This document shows, in pieces, positions 14,150 to 25,413 of a stretch of 64,000 nt of DNA; within the stretch, counting starts at the first letter, position 1, and each line of letters opens with the position of its first letter. The translations under genes and the position numbers were made by a program. Under the pieces are notes generated by a model, which ran no database searches, was not told the origin of the DNA, and was given only the letters and a program-made list of their open reading frames with translations. This DNA is from Chrysomallon squamiferum (Eukaryota > Animalia > Mollusca). Location: positions 15,190,001 through 15,254,000 of the forward strand of contig CM022679.1 in NCBI GenBank assembly GCA_012295275.1. The letters run 5' to 3'.

Positions 14150-14229
14150 GGATGCACAAGAGAATTCTTCGCAGCAAGAGAAAATCATTTACAGCATTTG
14201 TTATTTTTTTCTTTTCCGATGAACTGCAG
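14150..14229 (+). other. Candidate non-coding first (5'UTR) exon of FERRY3; start approximate
   Basis: Donor CAG|gtatat at 14230 inside the island. The ATG-bearing exon has an acceptor at 16024, which requires an upstream exon. Confidence 0.45.
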
Positions 14230-14603
14230 GTATATTTTGAAAGCATTAATTAAGAAATCACTTTTTGACTGTTTTTAAACAGCGAATGACACACCACGCT
14301 AAACAGCAAACTGTAAACATGGTCAATTACTGAATTAGTATCATTGCATCAGTGTATTACACTTTATGGGAATTCGCTCCTGTCTGAAATAATATTATGT
14401 AAAATATTAAAAGACTGCAAAGACTGAATTGTCATACGTACACAAAAATCTGGGTTAAAAAAAAATAATAATAAAACAAAATTGTCCGAAAGATATGTTT
14501 ATTAAATAAAAACATTGTTAGGTTGACTGGTGCCAATTAGAGAATTCATAAACAAATTGACAACTATGGAGAACTGTCAATTGTTTTTTTATTATCAAAA
14601 TGC

Positions 14604-14664
<61 letters not shown>

Positions 14665-15837
14665 TCTACATAATTACTTATGATGCCCTGTTCGTAAACA
14701 TTGTTTGTTTACTTTTTACTGGGTATAATTAAAAATTAAATAAACACCTGTTTATTATACCACAAATATGTTCATAAAAGATTATTAGATCTAATGTAAA
14801 ATTTTAAGATTGCAATATATATATACATATAGGCCTATAACAGTATTAAATCTTGTTTTAATGAAATGATTTTCACAAGTAAAATTATTTGTAGATATTA
14901 ATATGATCATCGGTGGCGTTTTTTATCTTCTCGTTTTAAAATAATTATTTAATTTATTTTTTATTATGTTTAGACATCAAACCAATTTAATGCTATCATA
15001 GCCCAGATATTGTGATCAAATTTTCTACGAGCCTGTAAAAAAAAATAAAAAATTGTACAGTAGAGAAAAATATGTGCTGATAGACAGAGTAAATATGTCT
15101 ATTTTTAAATGCGCACATATAATTTGAATATTCCATTAACTACTGCATAACTGAAAGGATCATTGAGACACTTGGCAGAGGCCACATCGTGGATGTCAAT
15201 CATAAACAATTTAATATTTTTGAATATGCTGAAAGTGCACTGAATATATTCAACCAAAATGCATTATTGAGTTGTTATTAACTGCCAAAGAAATTGAAAT
15301 TAAAATTTTAATATTGTTTCTCAGCTAATTCAAAAGAATAATAAAAATAATTATTTAAATGTTCAAATGACCAAACAGAGCATATCATACACTATTTTAG
15401 TTCAAGTAAATGATTACAGAATGGGAAGTAACCCAGTAGATAATCAGAGTAAACAGCTCTGTGGTAAGAATACTTTCTAAGATCACCATTTTGGTTATTA
15501 GTATTTTTATTTTATTTTTATTTATTTTTATCTGCAGATAAAAGCATTTCACAAAATTTATTTCAGTTTTCAGTGAAAGATCCCAGTTAAAATAAAATCA
15601 GTGAGTTTTCTCTCATTTATAACAAATATGTTGTGTTATATCATTAAAAGCCCCACAAGCTGATAAGTTTTCAAAAGTGTGCATACGCTTATTTCATCAG
15701 CCAGATAATGTTAAGATACAAAACTTTTTAATGTGAATTTATTTAGTAGTACCAACAGCAACAGCTATATTTATGTATTATTACATACACACATCTTTCT
15801 CTCTCTCTCTTCCTTTATATATATATATGGATAGATT

Positions 15838-15868
<31 letters not shown>

Positions 15869-16041
15869 GTATTTATATTTATATATAGATATACATACTG
15901 AGAGAGAGAGAGAGAGAGAGAGAGAACTTTTCTTTAACATATTTTATTTTGTTAGTTTGTTGACAAAACCAGTATTATGTGATCTAAATAGAAAATTGAC
16001 AGAATCTTTTTAAATCTGTTTCAGATTTGTATAATCTTAAG

Positions 16042-16201
16042 ATGCCAGCAAGCACTGAGAAGGAATTTGTGTTTACATTTAAGAGTAAAAATATCAAGTC
16101 AACTTTGACAGTACCTGTAACTGTTCCACTGTCTACAACTGTGTCAGAATTTGTTGGTCGACTAGTGCTCGCCCACAATCTACCATGTTATGTGGAGCAT
16201 G
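16042..16201 (+). CDS. FERRY3: FERRY3/C12orf4 coding exon 1 ([14 protein letters not shown]...HNLPCYVEH)
   Basis: Acceptor ttttaaatctgtttcag ends 16024. ATG at 16042 has A at -3. Donor G|gtaaga, phase 1. Confidence 0.92.
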
Positions 16202-16963
16202 GTAAGAGTAAATAATTTAGAGTAATATTAATATTTTTCATTTTGTAAACAAGACAATAATTATATATTCATATGAATTTCTGTTGATTTCTTAAACGTA
16301 ATTTGTTACAAAATATTTTGTAAGATTGTTTTCATAATATGTGATGACCTTAATTTGTAAATTAGATGTCAATGATAATAAATTATGACATTAATTTGTA
16401 AATTAGATATCTTTCCTAATAAATAAAGACATTAATTTTTAAGTTAGATATTTTTCATAATATGTCATGACATTAATTTGTAAGTTAGACGTCTAACATA
16501 GCTATGTGATGACATTCATGAATAATTCAGATTAATCAGATTAGATTCAGTTATAATCAACATATAAATAATGAATTTATTTATCAATATGTATCTGTAT
16601 TTTGTTATTGTTGCAGGTTTTTTTGTTTGGTTTTTGTAAGTTAGTTTTAAATGAATACATTATAAATTAGATGTTTATTAATATTTGCTTTATATCACTT
16701 CTATGATATATCATAATTCCTTTCTTAATTGTCATTTCTCTGTCATACAATCATTTCAAGATTTTTTAAATTTTAAATGTCCATAATTGTTTTAACTTTT
16801 AGAATTACAAGACTCTTTAGATAAATTTGTTACCAAGGAAACAGCCAAACTGCATGATTTAAATGCAGAAGAGGCTATTGCAAAAGTTAAAAATGGAACT
16901 GTGTCTGCTCAGTCATTGATAGAAAAATGGAGCAAAGCATATACTCAGGTACTGCATTTATAT

Positions 16964-17006
<43 letters not shown>

Positions 17007-17997
17007 TATATATATATATATATATTTTTTATTTTATTTTATTTTTTATTGGATTCTTTACTGCTAAGTAGGAAGAAAATTTCATTATTGTGATTTTATT
17101 TGTATTTCACATCTATAACAATTAATAGTCATATGTTTTTGAGGTTTTGTTCAACATACATTTATTACTAAAGAAATAACTTTTTATTCAGCATTCATTA
17201 TATTGATCATGTTTTGATTTCATCAATATTTGATGTAACATATTAAAAACAAATATTTCTTTTTTGCTTTGGACATGACGAAAAAGATATTTTATTGCAC
17301 CGAAAATGTTTTCTTTTCTTTTGTGGTGCTTGTTTTTTGTTTCTTTAAACATTGTGCTGGCATTGATTCACTTTTTGTAACAATTAATGTTAAGAAAACA
17401 TCTTTGTCGTTTCAACCGAGAATAATCAATTCCTGAAACTTTATTAAACTTTGATCAAAACGTTCTTTTATTTATATAAATGTGTTTTTACAGAGCTTAG
17501 CCTCAGCTATAGCCAAAGGTGTTTTGTCTTCCAGTTTGTAATCTTGGCAATTCAGTCTGCTACTAGAATTTTCTTGCCCATTTCAAGAAAGAAAGAAAGA
17601 AACTTAAATTAATTAAATAATGTAAAAAGAAATAAATGAATAAAAGATTAGTATGTTCAAAAAAAAATAATATTCATAATTGGCTGTGCAGGTATTTAAT
17701 CAGATCAGTTTAATGTATTACTGAAGACCTACTTCTTTGTTCAGGGTTAGATTATGGTCTTTGTGAAACTGAGATAAAAAGGTAGAATATCTTAGAAAAG
17801 AACTTAATAGACATGAAAAGACGCTTCATGTTTGATTACTTTTTAGGCATTTAAAAATGTTCTCTTACATACTTAGTTACCTAGATTTTCAGCTAATATA
17901 AACTAATTATAGAACTGATTTAACATGAGCTGAAAATATTTATAAAAATGTAACTATTAATTATCTTAAGTTTCTGTAGACAAATTGAAAAGAAAGT

Positions 17998-18031
<34 letters not shown>

Positions 18032-21000
18032 GACTGCTAGGTTTTTAAAGTCTATGCCCTGAATAATTATTTAGTCAAATGCTAATATATAAAATGTTTT
18101 ATCTATAATTATAAATCATACTATAGTGTTCAATTTCATATTTGTACATTTTAAAATATTCATTCATTTAAATACCTTCTGTGATTTAAATGAAATAATT
18201 AATGATCCAGATGTTGGTATAAATTTATATTCATTTATATGTTTGTACCATAAGTCATAATTTAGTTTTCACTTTTGTTAAATTTTGTAATAATATTCAT
18301 TCATTTAAAAAATAAAAATTATAATTATTTATTAAAAATGTCTGTAGGAGGTGAAGGAGTTTGCCAAGCGACCAGAGATTACCAATGAGCAGGTGTTTTC
18401 TCAGGTGTACCACTCTCTGATTCACTCCCCTGCTCTCGAAACTCTCCTCAATCTCGAACACACTTACGCACTGGCCATGGATGACATCATTGAACAGCGC
18501 AATCTTGATTTGGAGCATCTTGAAAAAGAGTACATTTAATTCTAATCATTTCAAAATTAAATGTTCTTTGTTTTTGATTGTCTTAGTTTCAAATATAATC
18601 TCCAGTGAAATGATAACATTTACAGTCACTTATTTATTTATTTGTTTGCTTTTTGTTTGTTTTTTTTTGTTTTTTTTTTAATTTAATTATATTTATGATT
18701 TAATTTATTTATTTTTATTCTTACTTAAACCTAAATATAATCTTCATAATTAATTGAATGCTTTAACCTTATGATGCATAATAAAATTTAACTGAAATGG
18801 ATGAAAATATAAAATTTGATGAATTTCATTTAGTCCTTACTTAGATAAAATTAGTCAGGACAGTTTGTAATGTGGTGTTTGGAAGAAAAGGTGTGTTAAA
18901 GAACAAACTAAGCAGAGGTAAATGAAGGGACTTTCTCTTAGCTAATTCAATAAATCTGATTTCCAGGCAGCGTGCTGATATGGAGGAAGCTCTGAAAAAT
19001 GTTGGCACTTCATACACTGATGAAAACATTAACCAGTTAGCACAAAGACATTTTGACAGCAGCCAGGTAATCATTTTATATTTGTTTTCATTTATTATAT
19101 TTCTTAATACATATTTATGCATGATAGATGACAATAGTGTGTGTTTTGTGTGTGTATGTGTGTTGTGTTTGTATTCATACATACGTATATCTGTATCTAT
19201 CTATCTATATATCTATATAAATGTCTGTCTGTCTCTCTATCTATCTATATATATAATTTTTTACTTGTTTTTTCATTATTTATTTATCATGTCTGTTTAA
19301 TTATCAGCTCATTCATTATTAATGAAGTAATAATAATAACGAAGCATTGTAGACTTGTCAATTCTGGATTGTTTACATATCTATTAATATTTCATTTATT
19401 TATTTTAATAATAATAATTATAAATAGTTATAATTTACTTTACTTTTTTAAATATCTAGGAATTTATTTATTTTGACAAATGAAATTTAATTTGTTTAAA
19501 AAAATGTTATAGCTGATATCAAGTAAATGGGCCAGTGAGCTGAGCAACCTCCGAGAGAAACAGAAGCGAGAGTACAGAGAATGGGTGATGAAGGTACACG
19601 AGGACACACAGACATCAACAGCACCAGCGTATGTGTAAGTAACAGCTACAACACACACTATAATTGAAATGTATCAAGCAGAAGGTTCTGAATTATTTAA
19701 GGAAGATCTAACAAGATGAATGGATCCATGTTTTAACAAAAGGAATTGCATCATCATCATCATCATATATATATATATTATTTGCAAAATCTAAGATGAA
19801 GGATATTCTCAAGTTGAAAATTATTTTTGTTTTATTTTGTTTCTAAATGTCGATAGGTGGATAATATAGAATATAGACTGCATAATAGATAGTATTTTGT
19901 GACATGATTATATATTCATTCTTTAAATACCTTTTCAGAACACATACTTTAGACCATGAAAATTAATATTAATATTTTATACTCAAGTCCAGTAATTTAT
20001 TTGTATATCTAAATGTTCTTCAATGTCCATACTGTATATTTTATATCAATTATGGATAGCTGGTATTTTTAATTTAGTTACATATTCTCTGTTTTGAAGT
20101 CATGGGCCCTTCAAATTTGATGTTTCATGCTATTTATAGACTGTTAGACTCTCTGGCTTAGTGATCCTTGTTTTTATTTTATTGTCACAGGCCCTTCATA
20201 CAAGATATTTTGTACTAATATAGAAATATAAGTATTTTTGTTTAGTTACCATTGTTTTAATTTTGATCTCACAGCAATCGTCTAAGAAACTTAAGTATAA
20301 CGTTACCTGAGGCAGAAGCTGAAGAAAGACAGGCACATTCTACCAGACTTGAAGAAAGTTTCACAATTCATTTAGGTGAGAAGACAAATGTCTAGAAGCA
20401 CTGAATAGTATTCCCTCTTCATTCTGAATCCAGCCTCTGTGTGACCCCAGGTCATTTCCTCTACATTTTTTTTACCTCTGTCCTTTTGCCTTTGTTCCAA
20501 AAGGAGTTTTTTTACATCTAGATTTATTTTGCAAGTGTTTAAATATGGCTAATGATTATAAAATTGTTGTTCTTGCTGTTGTTATTGTTATTATTATTGT
20601 CATAATTTTCATCAACATCGTCATTGTTTTTGTCATCCTCATCATTATTATTGTTGTTTATTTTATTTTATTTTTTATTTTGTCAGGTGCACAAATGAAG
20701 ACGACACACAATCTGAGACTGCTGTGTACTGATGTTCTGGATCTTTGCAGACACAAACCACACACAGTTGGGTGAGCAGAGTTTACTTGTAATGATTAAC
20801 TAGTGTTTAATAGTCATTTGTAGATTTTACATACAGATTATAAGTATTTAATGTTCTAGCTGTATACTTCCAGTTTTTGAAAAGTGTGACAAAAGTTTTC
20901 TCTTTGATATTTATTTGACTATCTTTTTTTTCAGTAGTATTTTTATTTTATGTATATATATACACATACACACATGTGTGTGTTTTTGATATTTATTTAA

Positions 21001-22738
21001 TTATTTGGTTGTTGTTTTTGTTGTTGTAGTGGTGTAATAATCCCAGAACCACAGCGCCTGCAGACAGCGATGTCTCTATATTCTAACTCACTGTGTGGAT
21101 TGATTCTCCTGGTTGACAATCGACCTAACACATACACAGGCATCAAACGAGGTAACCAGAAAATAACATACTACCCTTCAGTATTTCCCTCATGTTCTTG
21201 TTTTGTTCTGCTGCATCCATTTTCTAACAATCCAAACCAGAGTTCTTTATTACTGCTTGTGTTGGAAGATTTTTATCTGATTAATATTAACAGAATATTT
21301 ACAGTGATAATTTTTTGGAGGGTGTTTTTGTTCATAGTTGGTACAAATTAATACATATTTCAAAATTCCTATATAAATAAATAGTTAATGTTCAATTCTT
21401 TAATTATAAACGTGTAATTTTTATTTCATATATGAAATTGTCAATGACATAATTTCTCTTCTAGCCAGTGTGTTCACAGCTACTTTATCAAAGGCTGGTT
21501 ATTGTGATTTTATTTTCCATGCCTAGGGTCAAAGCTAAATTGGAATTAGTGTCAGTTTTAGCTGAGTCAGTGTTTAGGCAAATGACGAATCAAAACTTGA
21601 TGAACCCTCTTTGTATCGTTTTAGTACAGGAAGCATAAGAAATTTTTTCAGTTTTTATTGCCTCATTTAAAACATTAATATTGATAATTCTAGACTTCGC
21701 CAGGGTTTGTGAGCAGTCAACAGATTTTCACTTCCCCAACCTTGACGAGCAGTTTTCTGTCATACAGAAAGAACTAGCAGTAGCCAATGAAGTCAGAGCT
21801 CGCAGAAAACAGGAACAGGAAGCAGATGATGCTCCTTCAGGAACGTCTGTCAGTGTTACTAACAACACTAATGGAAATCAGGTGAGATAACGAAGATGAG
21901 AAATTATATGGATAATTTAACCTCACACTGCCCACAGCCTGAAGAAATTAGTAAGTGATACGGCTGAATGCTTCAGTTGCTATAGTGAGGGTCATTAAAG
22001 TGAACACTTACTCAGAATCCAAGCCTGTTTTTAAATATGTCGCAGCTTACATAGTAATAAATGTACACATCTATGTATATGCAACATATGATTGTTCATC
22101 ATCGGTATGTTGGTTATACACCCATTGGACAAAATACAAATCATACAGACTGGCAGATGTTCAGATAAATGTTCAGTTTGTGCCAGATGCTCAGGGTGGT
22201 GACAATCTGGTGTACATTGGCTACAATATCACCAATATAACTAAAGTGTTCACTGGCAATGTTGCCAGAAAGTATATTATCTTTCATATTAAATAGCCAA
22301 AAAAATGTTTAAAATTTTTTTAAAATTGTTTTATAAGTAAAAATGTTTTTCATTTCCAATTAAAACTGGATGTAAATGTTTGATCTGAAAGGATATTACC
22401 TTTCATGTTAACTTGCAATAATTCTTTTTTTTTATTTAATATTATGGTATTTTGTATTTCACATTAGAGCTGGTAGTAATGGTTACTCACTACAAACAAA
22501 AATAAAATGATTAAATCAGAATGTAAATAAATCAAATATGTGTGTATGTTTGTGTGTATTTGTGTATGGGGGAAGGGATGTAAGTATGTATGTTTGTATG
22601 TATGTATAAACTGATTTTTATTTAAGATTAAAACTGAAGTCAATACATCCTGCAATTGAATTACCATTTCAGCATGTAGCTGTCTTTGATGAAAGCATGT
22701 TATATTTCAAGTTCAATAGCAAAAACTATTTTTTATAA

Positions 22739-22771
<33 letters not shown>

Positions 22772-24197
22772 TTCTCTATATAGATGTAACTGTTTTTCAT
22801 TTCAGAATAAACCTGGAAGTAATGGCTGCACTCTGCAGACAGGAGACTGGTACCTCACTAAACACTCAAACCTGTCTGAGGTTCACACAGTGTTTCACCT
22901 CGTTGTTGACGACAGCGTTCGGTCTAGTGAGATGTCGTCACGACATCCTGTCATCTTCAGCATCAGAAACATCATCAAGTTGTGTTTTCGCTACAACATC
23001 GACACCCTCACCATTCCTCTGTTACTGACACACGAGATGTCAGAGGTGAATTGCATTCAGCATTAAAAAAATAATTTTTTAGAAATTCAAAACTTAGAAA
23101 ATGTCTTTGTCAAAATGACTTTAAGAATTCTTTCTTCGTTTGAAAAGTAGCTGAATATCTTGATTAATGTTTTGTTTTCAGTTCTTTTTTGTGGGATTTG
23201 GTGGGGGTTTTTGTCTTTTTTTTAAAGTTAATCTTTCTGCTGTAAATATATTTATATTTGTAATTCCATAATTTTTGGTATGTTTTAAACAAAACTGTGT
23301 AACACATAAAAGATAAAAAAGAGAATGACTTTAAGAAAACTGCTTTATCTTTCAGGAAATGACAATTCCATGGTGTTTGAAACGAGCAGAACTTCTGTTC
23401 AAGTGTGTCAAGGGATTCATGATTGAAATGGCAACATACAGCAGCAAAGTGTCAAAAACAATCCAGTTTCTTGTTCCTCCAGTAAGTCCTTGATTTATTT
23501 TGTTCCTCAAGTAAATTGTTTTTCCTTTTTTTTCTCATTTTTAAATTTGTAATACCTCTGGTGAACCTTTTGTAATTTCCACAGGTTTCTCTAAATTTGT
23601 TTTCCTTTATTTAATTTATAAAGAACTGCCTTTCAGAGGCTGTTTATTTTCTTGTTAATTTATACAGGTTTTTTATGTTAAAATTTGTTTAGTTTATGCA
23701 GAATTAGTTTCAAAGAAATTGCTGTTTTCTGTTCAACTAGTAAACAATTTAAAATTTGACTACTTCGTTGGTTATGAGCTAGGCAGTCATTTGACTGTTA
23801 TACATTAAACTAAAATCCCTTGGTTTGTTTAACAAAATATATTATCGTAAGATAAGGTGTTTTTTTTTTTTTTTTTTTTTTTTTTACCTTAAGAAAAAAG
23901 TTTATTTTCATAATATTGCATTTATTTATTTATTTATTTTGATTTTTTTATTATCATCATCATTATCATTATCATTATTATTATTAATAGTATTATTATT
24001 ATTATATTTTATTGTTGTTAATTTCTGCATCTTGTCACTGGTATTACTGCCAGGAAAGATAACTGTTGTTTTCTCTGATTTCCCAGGGTCTGTCTGAAGA
24101 GATGTTCCACACACTGAGTAACATGCTGCCAAGTATCTTTCGTCTTTCAAATCCTGTTGTGGTCAAATCCAGCAACCTGCCAGCTGTTTTATCATAG
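16042..24197 (+). CDS. FERRY3: FERRY endosomal RAB5 effector complex subunit 3 (C12orf4 homologue), 12 coding exons, 560 aa
   Basis: Hand-spliced join(16042-16201,16803-16948,18348-18529,18967-19066,19513-19634,20275-20375,20687-20771,21030-21151,21694-21881,22806-23045,23356-23481,24087-24197) = 1683 nt. The frame is open and all introns are GT-AG with matching phases. Motifs recognised from C12orf4: [107 protein letters not shown]. Confidence 0.96.
16295..16520. repeat. Intronic minisatellite, ~40-45-bp unit
   Basis: atgacattaatttgtaa(a/g)ttagat recurs about 5 times in the intron after FERRY3 coding exon 1. Confidence 0.75.
16803..16948 (+). CDS. FERRY3: FERRY3/C12orf4 coding exon 2 ([10 protein letters not shown]...[10 protein letters not shown])
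   Basis: Acceptor ttttaacttttag, donor CAG|gtactg; in frame with exon 1. Absent from the ORF track. Confidence 0.9.
18348..18529 (+). CDS. FERRY3: FERRY3/C12orf4 coding exon 3 ([10 protein letters not shown]...DLEHLEK)
   Basis: Acceptor tctgtag. Weak donor AGA|gtacat is required by the phase of the next exon. Conserved [15 protein letters not shown]. Confidence 0.9.
18967..19066 (+). CDS. FERRY3: FERRY3/C12orf4 coding exon 4 ([10 protein letters not shown]...[10 protein letters not shown])
   Basis: Acceptor gatttccag, donor CAG|gtaatc. Confidence 0.9.
19513..19634 (+). CDS. FERRY3: FERRY3/C12orf4 coding exon 5 ([10 protein letters not shown]...[15 protein letters not shown]...)
   Basis: Acceptor atgttatag, donor GT|gtaagt; conserved QKxEYxEWV. 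Confidence 0.9.
20275..20375 (+). CDS. FERRY3: FERRY3/C12orf4 coding exon 6 (NRLRNLS...[11 protein letters not shown])
   Basis: Acceptor gatctcacag, donor TAG|gtgaga. Confidence 0.92.
20687..20771 (+). CDS. FERRY3: FERRY3/C12orf4 coding exon 7 ([12 protein letters not shown]...KPHTVG)
   Basis: Acceptor ttttgtcag, donor GG|gtgagc. Confidence 0.92.
21030..21151 (+). CDS. FERRY3: FERRY3/C12orf4 coding exon 8 ([18 protein letters not shown]...YTGIKR)
   Basis: Acceptor ttgttgtag, donor GAG|gtaacc. Confidence 0.92.
21694..21881 (+). CDS. FERRY3: FERRY3/C12orf4 coding exon 9 ([15 protein letters not shown]...NTNGNQ)
   Basis: Acceptor aattctag, donor CAG|gtgaga. Confidence 0.92.
22806..23045 (+). 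CDS. FERRY3: FERRY3/C12orf4 coding exon 10 (NKPGS...[11 protein letters not shown]...[10 protein letters not shown])
   Basis: Acceptor tttcatttcag, donor GAG|gtgaat; 240 nt, phase 0/0. Confidence 0.93.
23356..23481 (+). CDS. FERRY3: FERRY3/C12orf4 coding exon 11 ([22 protein letters not shown]...TIQFLVPP)
   Basis: Acceptor tatctttcag, donor CCA|gtaagt; 126 nt. Confidence 0.93.
24087..24197 (+). CDS. FERRY3: FERRY3/C12orf4 terminal coding exon ([36 protein letters not shown])
   Basis: Acceptor ctgatttcccag; TAG at 24195-24197. Confidence 0.92.
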   Translation, partial: GLSEEMFHTLSNMLPSIFRLSNPVVVKSSNLPAVLS

Positions 24198-24433
24198 GAT
24201 TAAAAACATTAACTTTGTATCCATCCTCTTTAGATCAAATTTAGCAGCCAGCCAACTGATTTGTCATGGTATTAAAAACATTAATGTTGTATCTTCTTTA
24301 GATCAAATCTAGAAATCAGCCAACTGCTTTGTCATAGGATTAAAACAGTAATGTTGTATCCATCCTCTTTAGATCAACTCTAGAAATCAGCCAACTCCAT
24401 TGTTGTAGAATTACAAACATTAATTCTTATTGT
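24163..24433. repeat. Tandem minisatellite, ~70-bp unit, ~4 copies, overlapping the FERRY3 stop codon
   Basis: Units start at 24163, 24235, 24303 and 24374 (tcaaat..ag..a.cagccaactg.tttgtcataggattaaaaacattaatgttgtatccatcctctttaga). Confidence 0.88.
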
Positions 24434-25407
24434 ATTTTCACTAGGTGACACATATCTACTGACTTGTCACAGTGAGTAGAATCATGCTTTGAGAACATGT
24501 TAATAGTAAGTTTAATGTCACTACAGTTTATAACACAAAGAAATATCTTAGTATCAAACCAAGTTTTCAATCATTGTGATTTATGGCATAATGAAATTTT
24601 GATTTGGTGTCAGATCATATCATTTTCTTCTTTATTTATCAAAGCATAAACAGGATCCTGCTGAAAGCAGTTTTGAGGTTATTTCTAGCTCTAGAAAGTG
24701 TTTCAAAACTGTTGTATCTGTCCTCTCTATTCAGAAGTTAATGGAATCATAGTACAGTTGTAGCATTTGATATAAAAACGATGTGACATCAATTTCAAGC
24801 ATTCCATTCATTTCATTTTAATATTTATATTTTGATCTGAGAATTTCATATTTAATCTACTTCTTTTGTCCTAATGATCCCTCATGGATGAGGCATAAAT
24901 AATAAAAAACAGTGTAGAACAAATGTGATGTTGGATATGGGAGGACTTCAGTAAAAAAAGACTTTATCATTAAAAAAAACAAATGTTTATTCTTTCATTT
25001 TGAAGTGCTTACTCTTAAAGCAAAGGGTTAAGTTTCTATTAATTCTTATTTATATACAAGCATATTAATAAATTCATCAAAAAGACTATGGACTGCTTCT
25101 ACATTTTTTATACTTGCACTAATTATACTGGTAAACCTTCATTTGTCAGGATTCCTTGACCATCGCCTTCTATAAAAATGACAAATGCTGGATCCACACC
25201 AGTTTAAGTAATTGTATAGCTAAATATTTTAAAACAGAATAGTTTTTAAATATAACATAATTTAATAAATGTGGATAAAAAATAAAAAATAATAAAGTAT
25301 CTAATATTTGCTTTTTGGTGGCATTATTTTTTTATTTCTGTATTATTTAGTATTAAAAACAACATTAAATTGATCACATTGTTATCTTTAATCATACTAA
25401 TTTGTGC

Positions 25408-25413
25408 AATAAA
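25408..25413 (+). terminator. Candidate polyadenylation signal of FERRY3
   Basis: AATAAA ~1.2 kb after the stop, followed by T/GT-rich sequence. Other AATAAA hexamers occur upstream, so the site is uncertain. Confidence 0.3.

Larger units (their letters stand above)
13130..14400. promoter_or_regulatory. CpG-rich island / bidirectional promoter region shared by FERRY3 and the minus-strand gene
   Basis: Visible rise in GC and CpG relative to the CpG-poor flanking introns. Divergent splice donors: minus strand at 13977 and 13262, plus strand at 14230. Confidence 0.7.

Noticed and set aside
21955-22296. 113-aa ORF in FERRY3 intron 9 (…[19 protein letters not shown]…)
   Set aside because: No polypyrimidine acceptor or phase-compatible donor; exons 9 and 10 already join in frame.
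22822-23028. 68-aa alternate-frame ORF overlapping FERRY3 exon 10
   Set aside because: Shadow frame of a conserved coding exon.
24163-24433. CRISPR-like appearance of regularly spaced repeats (also 200-530 and 6100-6560)
   Set aside because: Whole units are repeated with no unique spacers, no cas genes are present, and the context is eukaryotic intron/UTR.
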